Positions 44,926 through 55,458 of a stretch of 64,000 nt of DNA are shown here, piece after piece. The DNA lies in assembly GCA_965221505.1 (NCBI GenBank), contig CBDCSI010000001.1, forward strand, positions 172,504-236,503, given 5' to 3'. The notes below the pieces were generated by a model. The model was not told the DNA's origin, ran no database searches, and saw only the letters and a program-made list of their open reading frames with translations. The stretch comes from Rhodobacterales bacterium (GTDB taxonomy: Bacteria; Pseudomonadota; Alphaproteobacteria; Rhodobacterales; CAZPXZ01). The position numbers and the translations under genes are program-made. Numbering within the stretch: the first letter of the stretch is position 1; each line of letters opens with the position of its first letter.

Positions 44926-46031
44926 CGGACCGGGGCCTCGTGGGCGCGGGTTCGCTGCGCCACCAGATTGAAGAACGAGACGCAACAGACCACCGCGACG
45001 AACATCAGCATGTAGCCGACCGCCGCCGACTGGCCGAGCTGCTGCGCGCGCCAGGCGATGAAGGCGTGCAGCGTCATCGACTCGGTGGCGATGCCCGGTC
45101 CGCCGTTGGTCAGGATGTTGGGCAGGTCGATGATCTTGAACGCCTCGATCAGGCGGATCAGGACCACCGTGGCGGCGACGGGCGCGATGGCGGGCCACGT
45201 CACGTCGCGAAAGACCTCCCAGCCGCCGGCGCCGTCGATCGTCGCCGCCTCGACCTGCTCGCGGGGCTGGCTCTCGATCGCCGCGAGAAGGACGATGAAC
45301 ATGAACGGCACCCATTGCCAGGTCTCGCCGATCAGCACGACCCAACGGGCGCCCCACGCGTCGGCGGCCCACGAGAATTCGCCGTAGCCGAGCGCCTGCC
45401 AGAGCGGCGCGAAGGGTCCCTTCGAGACGTCGGCGAGCATGCGGAAGGTGTAGCCGATCCCGACCGGGGTCACCATGAGCGGGATGAAGAAGACGAGCCG
45501 GAAGAAGGCGCGGCCGCGGATGCGCTGCGCACAGAGCCAGGCCAGGCCCAGGCCGAGCGCGAACTGGATCGACACGCCGGCGACGACGTAGAACAGGGTG
45601 GTGATCAGCGATCCGGGACCGGAACGCGTTCCGATGACGTCGAGCGCGATGGCCAGGAGGCCGAGGACGACCGTGGTGGTGACGAGCCGTCCGGCGCCGC
45701 CGATCACGCTTCGCGCCGGACTGCGGAGGTAGCGCCACCACCAGCGCGCGAACAGGGCGACGACCAGGGCGAGAATTACGCCGTCGACGATCGAGAAGGC
45801 GCCGAAGGTGCCGAGAAAGTGATACTGCTCGGAGCCGAACAGGAGCTTCCGAAAATGCCGCAACCCGACGAAGCGGATGTCGAATCCGCCCGGGGCGAGC
45901 TTGAAGCGCGAGACCGCGAGCCAGGCCGAGACGATCAGCGGAAAGAGCGAAAAGGCCAGGAGAAGCAATACGGCCGGCAACACCATCGCGCGCGGCGCGT
46001 GGCGCTCGAACCATTCGGCGCGGGAGTTCAC
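44922..46031 (-). CDS. carbohydrate ABC transporter permease (MalF/UgpA-like)
   Basis: 369 aa, polytopic, with EAA-like VEAATIDGAGGWEVF. Confidence 0.9.
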   Translation of the reverse strand: MNSRAEWFERHAPRAMVLPAVLLLLAFSLFPLIVSAWLAVSRFKLAPGGFDIRFVGLRHFRKLLFGSEQYHFLGTFGAFSIVDGVILALVVALFARWWWRYLRSPARSVIGGAGRLVTTTVVLGLLAIALDVIGTRSGPGSLITTLFYVVAGVSIQFALGLGLAWLCAQRIRGRAFFRLVFFIPLMVTPVGIGYTFRMLADVSKGPFAPLWQALGYGEFSWAADAWGARWVVLIGETWQWVPFMFIVLLAAIESQPREQVEAATIDGAGGWEVFRDVTWPAIAPVAATVVLIRLIEAFKIIDLPNILTNGGPGIATESMTLHAFIAWRAQQLGQSAAVGYMLMFVAVVCCVSFFNLVAQRTRAHEAPVR

Positions 46032-46127
46032 GGCTGGAGCGGCCTCATGCGGGCGCCCGGCGAGGGAGGGACGTTCCCTCGCCGGGCGGGGTTCCGGTAT
46101 CCCGGGCGGAAGCCCGGGGCCGGGGGG

Positions 46128-47612
46128 CTACTGGGCCCCGATGGAGCCGCGATAGGCGGCGAGCTGTTCGTCGACGCCGTTGTCCTCGTTCAGCTCGTTC
46201 CACGCTTCCTCGACGATCGCCATCATCGTCGCCGCGTCGATCTCGCCGGCCGCGAAGCGCGACAGCGCGGTGTCGAGCGCAACCTGCTGGTAGGCGCTGT
46301 TCTGCGGGATGCGCAGGTCGAGCGCCATGTTCGGGCTGTTCAGGCTGGCCTCGATCGCGCCGAGATAGGAGTCGGCCGCCTCGTCGCTCATCCCGGCGTC
46401 GCGCCACAGGTCGCGGTTGGAGAACTGCGAGATGCGGTACGGGTTGAAGCCGGTGGAGCCGATGGTCACGTCGACGTTCGACTGCGCGGGCTGCGAAAGG
46501 AACGAGAAATACTCGTAGGCGGCGCGCTGCACCGTCTCGTCGGCGGCCACGTTGATCCCGCCCGACCATCCGCCGAAGGCGGCGAACGGCGCGCGGTTCA
46601 CGCCGTTGATCGCATGCGGGCAGATCTCCGGCGTGCACTCCACGAGGGCTCCGGTGTCGCGGTCGAGAACGCTGCGGCTACCCGGCAGCATGATCGCGCC
46701 GGTCTTGTCGACCACCTTGGAGTTGACCGGATCGATCGAGAGCGTTCCGATGTCGCCCCAGTCGAGCGTGAGCGCGCAGCGCCCGGCGGTCCAGAGTCCC
46801 CGGGTGTCGCCGACGTCGAGGTTGAGCTCGTCCGGCGGGCCGAATTCCGTCGTCGCCGCGTAGATCTCGAGCGCCGCGGCGAACGCGTCGTTGTTGATCA
46901 GCGGTTTCATGTCGCGGGGATCGAAGAACGCGCCTTCGCTGGTCCCCTTGGCCTGCAGATACGCGGCCGCGATCGAGGTGATCATCCAGTAGGACTGCGC
47001 GTTGCGCTTCTTGGCGATGCAGGAGCCGAAGTCGGGCTCGCCGTCGCCGTTCATGTCCATGCCGTGCGCCGCCTCGGCGAAGGCGACGTAATCGTCCCAG
47101 GTCTCCGGCTCCGAGAGTCCGAGCTGCTCGGCCACGTCCAGCCGGTAGTAGACCATCTGGAAGTCGCCGTCGACGGTGATCAGATAGGTCCGCCCGCCGA
47201 AGCGCTGCGAAATCTCGTTGAAGAAGGGCGCGATGTCGTCGACCATCAGGGCGTCGTCGGCCTCGACCCAGTCGGTGAGATCCCTCAGATAGCCCGGCGC
47301 GATGAAGTCGACCGCCCACTGCGGCGCGAACACCGCGGCGTCGATGGAGTTCGTGCCCGCCGACCAGTCGGCCAGGAGCTTCGGATAGATGTCGGCGAAG
47401 GGAACCGTGATCACGTTGATCTCGGCGCCGGTCAGCTCCTGGAACGCCGGGGCGTGCTTCTGCATCGGGCCGGAGATGGTCGGGCCGGTGATGGTGAGAA
47501 TGTTGACGGTGACCCCGTCGAATTCCTTGGCTCCGGCGGCGGCAGGCAACAGCGCGACCGCCGCTCCGAGTACGGCGGCTCCGATGCCGGCGCGTATGCG
47601 GGATAGGTTCAT
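46128..47612 (-). CDS. ABC transporter extracellular solute-binding protein (family 1, sugar type)
   Basis: ATG 47612 (MNLSRIRAGIGAAVLGAAVALLPAAAGA) has AGGAG 8 nt upstream. It has a signal peptide and heads the transporter operon. Confidence 0.9.
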   Translation of the reverse strand: MNLSRIRAGIGAAVLGAAVALLPAAAGAKEFDGVTVNILTITGPTISGPMQKHAPAFQELTGAEINVITVPFADIYPKLLADWSAGTNSIDAAVFAPQWAVDFIAPGYLRDLTDWVEADDALMVDDIAPFFNEISQRFGGRTYLITVDGDFQMVYYRLDVAEQLGLSEPETWDDYVAFAEAAHGMDMNGDGEPDFGSCIAKKRNAQSYWMITSIAAAYLQAKGTSEGAFFDPRDMKPLINNDAFAAALEIYAATTEFGPPDELNLDVGDTRGLWTAGRCALTLDWGDIGTLSIDPVNSKVVDKTGAIMLPGSRSVLDRDTGALVECTPEICPHAINGVNRAPFAAFGGWSGGINVAADETVQRAAYEYFSFLSQPAQSNVDVTIGSTGFNPYRISQFSNRDLWRDAGMSDEAADSYLGAIEASLNSPNMALDLRIPQNSAYQQVALDTALSRFAAGEIDAATMMAIVEEAWNELNEDNGVDEQLAAYRGSIGAQ

Positions 47613-47977
47613 CGTATAGCTCCTCTTTGGTGTCAGAACTGTCATGCGGCCTTCCGGCCCGACGGACGTCGGACCCTCGCGCCGCGGTACGTCGTGAGTG
47701 TACGTCCTCTCCTGCCGTGCCTGGCCGGGAGAGTCGGCAGAGCGGTCGTCCGCTCCGGAAGCAATTCATACCGTGCGTCGGCCCGAAATGTAACCGCTTG
47801 GGGAACGGGACGCGCAGGGGGTCGGCGCAAGCGCAGTTTCCGGGGCAGGAACGCGGGGACGCGACGCGCGGCGGAAGGTCGACGCGACGCGTCGCCGCGA
47901 CCGGTCGGATCGCGGAACGCCGGGAGCGGTCCGCCGAACCCGCGCGCGGCGCCCGGCGGCCGCGAGGAGAACCGCGA

Positions 47978-49381
47978 TCAGGCGACCGGCGGCTTCCGAT
48001 CGGCCCACGGGCGCGCTTCCTCGAACGCCGCGGCGGCCCGGAACACGTCGACCTCGGACCAGGCCTTCGGGATCATCTGCAAGCCGACGGGCAGGCCGTC
48101 GCGCGTGAATCCGACCGGAAGCGACGCGCCGGGATGTCCGGTCAGATTGAACGGATAGGTGTAGGCGACCCAGGAGATCATGTTGGCGTCCGGCATCTGC
48201 GGGGGAAGGTTTCGCCCGACGTCGAAGGCCGGCGCCGGCAAGGTGGGCGAGACGAGCAGATCGTAGTCTTCCATGAAACGTCGGACGCGCTCGCGAAACT
48301 CGTAGCGTCGGAACACCTGCGCGTAGTACTCGTCGAGCGTCTGGTTCAGCGCGTCGGAGAGCACCTCGCGCACGCCGGGATCCAGCATTTCCGGCCGTTC
48401 GGTGATTACCGTGCGCAGCTTGGTTCCCACGCCGGCATAGAATTCCGCCATCCACATGTCGCTCGGATCCGAATCCATTACGGTGTCGACCAGCTCGACC
48501 TCGCAACCCAGCTCCTCGAACGTCGCGACGGCGCTCGCGCAAAGGTCAACGACCTCCGGCTCCGGCTTCGCGTAGCCGAGCGTAGGACTCCACGCGATCC
48601 GCATGCCCTCGATCGGCCGGTCGCACGCGGCGAGGAAATCCGGAACGGGTCCGGGCACGGAGAAGGGGTCGCGCCGGTCGTACCGGGCGATGGCGGAGAG
48701 CAGGAGGGCGACGTCCCGCACCGTCCGCCCGATCGGACCCACATGCGCCAGCGTCGGCGTCGCCGAGACCGGGTAGATCGGCACCCGCGCAAAATGCGCC
48801 TTGACGCCGAACAGTCCGGTCATCGAACTCGGGATGCGAACCGAGCCGCCGCCGTCGGTGCCGAGCGCGAACGGGGTGACGCCCGTGGCGACGCTCGCGA
48901 CGGCGCCCGCGCTCGACCCGCCCGGGGTCTTCGCGAGGTTCCAGGGATTCCTCGTGATGCCGCTCACCAGGCTGTCGCCCACCGGCTTGCACCCAAACTC
49001 GCTCGTGGTTGTCTTGCCGACGACGACGGCGCCCTCGGCCCGTACGCGCTCGACCGCGGGGGCGTCTTCGTCCGCGACGCTGTCGGCCATGGTCAACGAG
49101 CCGAAGGCGCATCGAACGCCGCCGACCGCGATCAGGTCCTTGACCGAAATCGGCAGCCCGTGCAGCAGGCCGGGTTCCTCGCCGTCCAGGACGGCGCGCT
49201 CGGCTGCCTGCGCCGCCTTGCGGGCCATCTCCTCGGTCACGGTGACGAAGCTGTTGAGGGCCGGTTCCACCTCCTCCATGCGGGCGAGACTGTGTTCGAG
49301 CGCCTCCACCGGCGACACTTCTCCCGAGACGATCAGCGACCGCAATTCGAGAGCGCTCTTGTACGCGAGATCGGATCCCAT
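47978..49381 (-). CDS. amidase (amidase-signature family)
   Basis: ATG 49381 with AAGGGAG upstream. AS-family Ser-cisSer-Lys region: GGSSAGAVASVATG...GTDGGGSVRIPSS. Confidence 0.9.
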   Translation of the reverse strand: MGSDLAYKSALELRSLIVSGEVSPVEALEHSLARMEEVEPALNSFVTVTEEMARKAAQAAERAVLDGEEPGLLHGLPISVKDLIAVGGVRCAFGSLTMADSVADEDAPAVERVRAEGAVVVGKTTTSEFGCKPVGDSLVSGITRNPWNLAKTPGGSSAGAVASVATGVTPFALGTDGGGSVRIPSSMTGLFGVKAHFARVPIYPVSATPTLAHVGPIGRTVRDVALLLSAIARYDRRDPFSVPGPVPDFLAACDRPIEGMRIAWSPTLGYAKPEPEVVDLCASAVATFEELGCEVELVDTVMDSDPSDMWMAEFYAGVGTKLRTVITERPEMLDPGVREVLSDALNQTLDEYYAQVFRRYEFRERVRRFMEDYDLLVSPTLPAPAFDVGRNLPPQMPDANMISWVAYTYPFNLTGHPGASLPVGFTRDGLPVGLQMIPKAWSEVDVFRAAAAFEEARPWADRKPPVA

Positions 49382-49501
49382 TGTCTTACTCCCTTGCGGC
49401 CCCGTGCGAACGGCCATGCGCTGCCGGCGTCCCGGCAGCGGGGCCGCCTGCGCGCCGGGGCTGCGCGCGGTCGCAGCCCCGACCGTTCCGGCTCTCGGCG
49501 C

Positions 49502-50203
49502 TCAGGTCTCGACGACGGCGAAGGCGCGCACCGGCGAACCCGAACCGCCCTTGAACTTCAGCGGCGCGCCGAAGAACTGGAACTCGCCGACGCCGACCAG
49601 CTCTTCGAGGTTGACCAGCCATTCGAAATGCGAAATGCCGAGGTCGCGGCATGCGCGGTGCTGCGCGAACAGGTTGTCCGTCGGCTTGTCGGTCGACGGC
49701 CCCTCCACCCCGTGCATGCGCGAGCCGCGCTCGTGCAGCCAGTGCGTCGCGTCCACCGTGAGCCCGGGGTTGGTCCAGCAGACCTTCCGGTCGGGGTAGT
49801 GGCGCGCGTGCAGGCCGGTGCAGAGCAGGACGATATGGCCGTCCACCCCGACGCCGGACGCCGCCTCCGCCTTGTCCATTTCCGCGGCGTCGATATCGCC
49901 GAGATCGGGAATGTGGCGCAGGTCGAAGCACACCGCCTTGCCCATGAACAGGTCGAGGGGCATTTCGTCGATCGTGGCCCCGTTCGGGTTCACGTGCCGA
50001 AACCCGTCGACATGCGTGCCCACATGATCGAGCATGCCGATGAAATTCGTCTGAAACGTCATGCGGTCCTCGGGCACGCCGAGGTTGAACGAAAGCGTGC
50101 TCTCGTGATCCAGCGCCTTCAGGTAGATCGGGCTCTGGAAGAGCTTGTGGGCCGGCATGTTGTCTTCGATCGTCACGCTCAGGTCAATGATGCGCTGTCC
50201 CAT
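49502..50203 (-). CDS. cyclase family protein (arylformamidase/kynurenine formamidase-like)
   Basis: A HVGTHVDGFRH metal motif is followed by a second His/Asp block typical of putative cyclases. Confidence 0.88.
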   Translation of the reverse strand: MGQRIIDLSVTIEDNMPAHKLFQSPIYLKALDHESTLSFNLGVPEDRMTFQTNFIGMLDHVGTHVDGFRHVNPNGATIDEMPLDLFMGKAVCFDLRHIPDLGDIDAAEMDKAEAASGVGVDGHIVLLCTGLHARHYPDRKVCWTNPGLTVDATHWLHERGSRMHGVEGPSTDKPTDNLFAQHRACRDLGISHFEWLVNLEELVGVGEFQFFGAPLKFKGGSGSPVRAFAVVET

Positions 50204-50306
50204 TCCGGGTTCCTCCTTCTTCTTGTCGGTTTCGATTGCGCTCGCCGGGCGTTCGCGCGGAAGCGGACGGCGTGCCGCGGATTCGGGGCGAGCGGACGGT
50301 CGCGGC

Positions 50307-51056
50307 TCATGCCGCCCGCCGTCCGAGGTAGGCGCGGACGACCTGCTCGTCGCGGGCGAGTTCCGACGCCGGGCCGCTCAACACGATCCGCGAGTTCTCG
50401 AACACGTAGCCCCGGTCCGCGACGCGCAGCGCCATCGTCGCGAGCTGCTCGACGAGCAGGATCGCGATTCCGCTGCGGTTCAGTCGCTCCAGGGCGGGGA
50501 ACATCGTCTCCAGCACCTTGGGGGCGAGGCCGAGCGACATCTCGTCGATCATCAGGAGTTCCGGGTGGCTCAGCAGACCGCGGGACAAGGCGAGCATCTG
50601 CTGTTCGCCGCCGGACAGGCTGCCGGCGATCTGATCGCGGCGCTCCTTCAGGATCGGAAACAGCTCGAACGCCCGGTCGAGATCCGAGTTCAGGGACTTC
50701 CGCTCCGCGCGATTGCGGCTGTAGGCGCCGAGAAGCAGATTGTCGAGGACGGTCTGGTCGGAGAAGATCATCCGGCCTTCGGGAACGAGGCAGACGCCCA
50801 TCTGTACGATCCGGTGGGTCGGCAGCCCGTTCGTTTCCCGGCCGCGGATCCGGACCCGGCCCCCCGACGGCCGGACGACGCCGGCGACGGCCTTCAGCGT
50901 CGACGACTTGCCGGCGCCGTTGTTGCCGATGATCGATACGAACTCGCCCGGCGCGACCCGGAGGGAGACGTCCCGTACCGCCTCGACGTGGCCGTAGCGG
51001 ACCGAGAGGTTCTCGACCTCGAGCAGCGGCGTTTCCGGTGCGGACGCGGAGGTCAT
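50307..51056 (-). CDS. livF: branched-chain amino acid-type ABC transporter ATP-binding protein (LivF-like)
   Basis: Walker A is GNNGAGKSS, the signature is LSGGEQQMLALSR, and Walker B is LLMIDEMSLGLAP. Confidence 0.92.
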   Translation of the reverse strand: MTSASAPETPLLEVENLSVRYGHVEAVRDVSLRVAPGEFVSIIGNNGAGKSSTLKAVAGVVRPSGGRVRIRGRETNGLPTHRIVQMGVCLVPEGRMIFSDQTVLDNLLLGAYSRNRAERKSLNSDLDRAFELFPILKERRDQIAGSLSGGEQQMLALSRGLLSHPELLMIDEMSLGLAPKVLETMFPALERLNRSGIAILLVEQLATMALRVADRGYVFENSRIVLSGPASELARDEQVVRAYLGRRAA

Positions 51057-52891
51057 GCGGGCGCGTCCTCCGCTTCTGCCGCGCCGTCGTCGTGGCGAAC
51101 CGAATCCAGCAGTTCCGTGCTGCCGAAATACGCTTCGATCACCGTGGGATCGCGCTGAATGTCCGTCGCCGGGCCGGAAGCGATCACCGCGCCGTAATCG
51201 AGTACGGTGACCCGGTCGGAGATCGCCATGACCAGTTCGACATGGTGCTCCACCACCATGATCGTGACGCCGTGCCGGGACAGTTCGACGATCAGCCGGC
51301 TCAGGTCCTCGATCTCGGACTGCGTGAGCCCCGCGGCGGGCTCGTCGAGAAGGAGCAGCTTCGGTTGCGTCGCGAGGGCGCGGGCGATCTCGAGCTTGCG
51401 CTGATAGCCGAAAGGAAGGTTACGGGCCTTCTCTCCGGCATATGCGGCAAGTCCGACGAAGCGCAGCAGCTCCAGCGCCGCCTCCCGATGCGCCTCGTCT
51501 TCCCGGCGTTGCGCCGGCGTACGCACGAGGGTCGCGAAGAATCCGTTGCGATATTCGTTGTGGAACGCGGTCCATACGTTGTCGAGAACCGTCATCTCGG
51601 CGAACAGCTCGGTGTTCTGGAACGTCCGGGCGAGGCCCCGGCGCGCGAGCTGGTGGCTCGACAACGCGGTGGTGTCCTCTCCGAGGAATTCGACGCGGCC
51701 GGTCGAGACGCGGTAAATGCCGGAGACCGCGTTCAGGAAGGTGGACTTGCCGGCCCCGTTCGGGCCGATCAGCGCGTAGATCGCGCCGCGCTCGACCGAG
51801 ACGTCCACGTCGTCCAGCGCCGCGAGGCCGCCGAATTGCACGCCCAGCCCCCGCGTCTCGAGGCAGGCTCCCGCGCCGCTCGCACCGGAAAGGAAACCGT
51901 CCAGACTTCCCGGTTCGCCGGTTTCGGAGGGTTCGGATCGACGACGGCCGCGGAACCGGCGAACCCCCTCCTCCACGCTCCCGACGATCCCCCGCGGAAG
52001 GAAGAACATCACGATGGCGAGCAGCGCGCCGTAGGCGAATTTCTGCCATTCGCCGAGCTGTTGCAGCGCCTCCGGCAGGTAGCTGAGGATGCCGGCCCCG
52101 ACGATCGGTCCGAACACGGTGCCGGAGCCGCCGAGGATCACCATCAACAGGAAACGGATCGAGTCGCCGAAGGAGAAGATGTCCGGACTGATGTACTTGT
52201 TCAGGAACACGTACAACACGCCCGCGGCGCCTGCGGTGGTCGCCGAGAGGACGAAGGCCAGGGTGCGGATGCCGGTGACGTTGATTCCGATCGAACGGGC
52301 CGCCACCTCGCTCTGGCTCGACGCGAGCATGGCGCGGCCGTAGCGCGAGCGCATGACGTTCAGGTTGACTGCGAACGCGGCGAGCGCGCACGCCCCGACC
52401 ACGTAGAAATACGACTTGAAGTCCAGCGGCAGGCCGAGCAACGTCGGGTGCGGCACGTCGGAGATTCCGACCCAGCTCCCGGTCAGGGAGTCCCATTCGA
52501 TCGCGACGTTCTCGACGATGATGCCGAAGGCGATGGTGACCACGGCGAGGTAGACGCCGCGAACGCGCACGGTCGGGTAGGCGAGGAGCACGCCGAACGC
52601 TCCGGCCAGCGCCATGCCCAGGAACATGCAGGGAACGAAGCCGACCCCGGCCCGCGTGGCGAGGATGGCCGCGGTGTAGGCGCCGATCGCGTAAAGCCCG
52701 GCCTGGCCGAGCGAAACCAGCCCGGTGTAGCCGACGAGCACGTTCAGGCCGAAGGCGATGATCATGTAGGTCAGCGCCAGCGTGTAGAACCGCAGCGCGT
52801 ATTCGTTGCCGGCGATCTCCGGCATGGCCAGGATCGCTACGGCCGCGACCGCGGCGAACGCCCAGTAGCCGTGCCGCGCGATCCGGCTCAT
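51053..52891 (-). CDS. fused LivM-like permease / LivG-like ATP-binding protein
   Basis: ATG 52891 overlaps the livH stop (ATGA). The N-terminal ~330 aa are polytopic. The C-terminal NBD carries GPNGAGKSTF, FGYQRKLEIARAL and LLLLDEPAAGL. Confidence 0.9.
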   Translation of the reverse strand: MSRIARHGYWAFAAVAAVAILAMPEIAGNEYALRFYTLALTYMIIAFGLNVLVGYTGLVSLGQAGLYAIGAYTAAILATRAGVGFVPCMFLGMALAGAFGVLLAYPTVRVRGVYLAVVTIAFGIIVENVAIEWDSLTGSWVGISDVPHPTLLGLPLDFKSYFYVVGACALAAFAVNLNVMRSRYGRAMLASSQSEVAARSIGINVTGIRTLAFVLSATTAGAAGVLYVFLNKYISPDIFSFGDSIRFLLMVILGGSGTVFGPIVGAGILSYLPEALQQLGEWQKFAYGALLAIVMFFLPRGIVGSVEEGVRRFRGRRRSEPSETGEPGSLDGFLSGASGAGACLETRGLGVQFGGLAALDDVDVSVERGAIYALIGPNGAGKSTFLNAVSGIYRVSTGRVEFLGEDTTALSSHQLARRGLARTFQNTELFAEMTVLDNVWTAFHNEYRNGFFATLVRTPAQRREDEAHREAALELLRFVGLAAYAGEKARNLPFGYQRKLEIARALATQPKLLLLDEPAAGLTQSEIEDLSRLIVELSRHGVTIMVVEHHVELVMAISDRVTVLDYGAVIASGPATDIQRDPTVIEAYFGSTELLDSVRHDDGAAEAEDAPA

Positions 52892-53763
52892 ACCTTGACC
52901 ACGTCCTTGCGGCCGAAGAGGCCCTGCGGCCAGATCATCAGGACGAGGATGACCAGGCTGAATCCGACGGCTTCCCTCGCCGCGGTGCTGATGTAACCGT
53001 CGACGAACTTTTCGATGACGCCGTAGAGCAGGCCGGCGACGACCACGCCCGGCGCTCGCGTTATGCCGCCGATGATGGCCACGGCGAAGCCCTTGATGCC
53101 GAGCAGCAGGCCCATGGTCGCGGAGGCCTGGACGACCGGTGCGACGAGGATCCCGGCAATTCCTCCCAGGGCGCTGGCGAGGCCGAAGGAGAAGATCGCG
53201 ACGGCGGAGACGTTGATGCCGACGATTCCCGCCGCTTCGCGGTTGAAGGCCACCGCCCGCATCGCGCGGCCGAGTTGCGTGCGACGCTGGAAGACCGTGA
53301 GCAGGATCACGATCGCCACCGCGGAGACGGGAATCAGCAGCTCCTGCGGATAGACTCCCGCCCCGAGCAAGACCACGGGGGTTTCGACCAGCGGGGACGG
53401 CAACGGGCGGGCGAAGGCGCCGAAGCCGATCGTCGCGTAGCTCTCCAGCATGATGCCGATCGCGATCGTGGTCAGCATCCACCCGATCGATTGCGCCTGC
53501 GCGGCGAAGGGTCGAATGGCGACGCGTTCGAGCGCCACGCCGAAGATCACGCTGCACGCGATCGCCAGCGCGATCGCCGCCGGCATCGAAATCCCCTGGT
53601 CGAGGAGGACGATGGTGATCACGGCGCCGAGCATCAGCGTGTCGCCATGGGCGAAATTCACCGCCCGTGCCGCGGACCACATGATGTGGAACCCGATCGC
53701 GACGAGCGCGTAGACGCCGCCGATGGCCAGACCGGCGAGAAGATACTGGACGACGGCACTCAC
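52888..53763 (-). CDS. livH: branched-chain amino acid-type ABC transporter permease (LivH-like)
   Basis: GTG 53763 (VSAVVQYLLAGLAIGGVYAL...) gives the canonical LivH N-terminus. ATG 53796 is the alternative start. Confidence 0.88.
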   Translation of the reverse strand: MSAVVQYLLAGLAIGGVYALVAIGFHIMWSAARAVNFAHGDTLMLGAVITIVLLDQGISMPAAIALAIACSVIFGVALERVAIRPFAAQAQSIGWMLTTIAIGIMLESYATIGFGAFARPLPSPLVETPVVLLGAGVYPQELLIPVSAVAIVILLTVFQRRTQLGRAMRAVAFNREAAGIVGINVSAVAIFSFGLASALGGIAGILVAPVVQASATMGLLLGIKGFAVAIIGGITRAPGVVVAGLLYGVIEKFVDGYISTAAREAVGFSLVILVLMIWPQGLFGRKDVVKV

Positions 53764-53864
53764 GGAGTCACCACAACTGCACCCGGTTCCGCGCAAACGG
53801 GCGGCGCGGCCGTCGCCGGCTCGCGCCGCCCGTTCGGTTTACGCGCTCCGTCGAGCGTTCCGGC

Positions 53865-55052
53865 CTACTGGCACGGCGTCTGGTCGAGCGGCAGGAGCTT
53901 GCCGTCGTACCACGCGGTCAGCTTGTAGGCTTCGGGTAGGATCGCGTCGTGCCGTTCCTCGGTACGCTCGAAGGCGGGACTGTAGTCGGTGACCAACCCT
54001 TCGTGATTCACCTCGAAGAGAGCTTCGTAGACCTTGGCCCGGTCGAAGCTGCCGGCGGCCTCGATCGCTTTGGCGATGATGTGGACCGCGTCGTACGCGT
54101 TCGCCACGCCCGAACCCATGCGAATCTCCTCCTGGCTGCCGATGTCGAACCGCTCCTGCATGCGGGCGTAGAGTTCCTGCGCCTTCGGTTCGAGTTCGCC
54201 CATCCAGGAATAGGTCTGCATGATCAGGGCGCAGTTGGCCAGTTCGCCGGCGAGTTCGCCCAGATTGCCGGCAAAGCCCCAGGCGCCGATCACGACCGGA
54301 TCCCAGCCGATCTTCTGCATCGAGCGAAGGATCTGGTTTCCTTCGCGATCGAGGCCCCACATGATGACGGCTTCGGCGCCTGCGTCGCGCAGCCGGATCA
54401 GCTGCGGGGTCATGTCGGTGTCTTCCCAGTTGAAGGTTTCCGCGCCGACCTCCTCGAGTCCGTTCTCGGCGAGCGCGTTCTGGAGATCCGGATAGGCGCC
54501 CTTACCCCAGCCGGTGTTCTCGTACATGATGCCGATGCGGCTGTTTGCGGTTCGCTTGATCGCCTCGGCCACCAGGAACTTGGTCACCCACCGGTCCTTC
54601 GCCGATACCCGGAACATGTAGTTCGGGTCGCGCTCGTTCTCGATTACCTTGGTGTTCGCGGCGATGACGCCGACATAGGGCATTCCGATTTCGTGGATGG
54701 GATCGCGTTGCGCCAGCGCCACCGTCGAGTGATAGCCGCCGATCATCGCCACGCAATTGTCCGCCAGACCGATGCGGCGAACGTTGTCGACGCCGCGCGG
54801 CGGAGCGCCTGCGTCGTCGTACTGGATGAACTCGAGCTCCTGCCCGAGCACGCCGCCCGCGGCGTTGATGTCTTCGACCGCGAGTTCCGCTCCCATGCGG
54901 ATCGCCTTGCCGCCGAAGGCGGCCGGGCCGGTTACCGGTCCGGAATTTCCGATGCACGCGTTGGCCTCCTCGGCGATCGCGCCGGCGGGACCGAGCGTGC
55001 CGAGCAGCGCGACGGTTGCGGCCGCAATTACGGGCCTGCTGTAGCGTTTCAT
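53865..55052 (-). CDS. Leu/Ile/Val-binding-protein-family substrate-binding protein (LivK-like)
   Basis: ATG 55052 has GGAGG 6 nt upstream. The signal peptide is MKRYSRPVIAAATVALLGTLGPAGAIA. It heads the operon. Confidence 0.9.
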   Translation of the reverse strand: MKRYSRPVIAAATVALLGTLGPAGAIAEEANACIGNSGPVTGPAAFGGKAIRMGAELAVEDINAAGGVLGQELEFIQYDDAGAPPRGVDNVRRIGLADNCVAMIGGYHSTVALAQRDPIHEIGMPYVGVIAANTKVIENERDPNYMFRVSAKDRWVTKFLVAEAIKRTANSRIGIMYENTGWGKGAYPDLQNALAENGLEEVGAETFNWEDTDMTPQLIRLRDAGAEAVIMWGLDREGNQILRSMQKIGWDPVVIGAWGFAGNLGELAGELANCALIMQTYSWMGELEPKAQELYARMQERFDIGSQEEIRMGSGVANAYDAVHIIAKAIEAAGSFDRAKVYEALFEVNHEGLVTDYSPAFERTEERHDAILPEAYKLTAWYDGKLLPLDQTPCQ

Positions 55053-55458
55053 GTCGTTCCTCCCCTGTTCCTGCCTCGCTCCGGCCGACGAACGGGCCGA
55101 AACCGCAGGGTCTTGTCGGTTTCCCATGTCTTATCCGAGTATTGATCCGTGCGTCAAGTGTTTCAAACCCAACGGAGCGATTTCGGGGAAATCGGGGCCG
55201 GTGTTCGGCAGACCGGGCTGCGAGGCGTAGCGTTGCCGGCCTCGTTCCTGCGAGCGGCTTCGTGCCGCAGCGGCGGAGCGGCTCGGGGGGTGAGAGCGAG
55301 TTCCACGGGATACCCGTCGTGCCGCTGCGGGGACGGATCCCGTCGAGAGGGCTTTTCGGCTCGTGGCCGCGTATCGGATTTCGGCGGCGGGGTGCGGGCT
55401 CCCGTCCTCGTGCTCTGCCCGGCCCGCCGTCGACGCCGATCCCGGCACGCTCTCCGGC

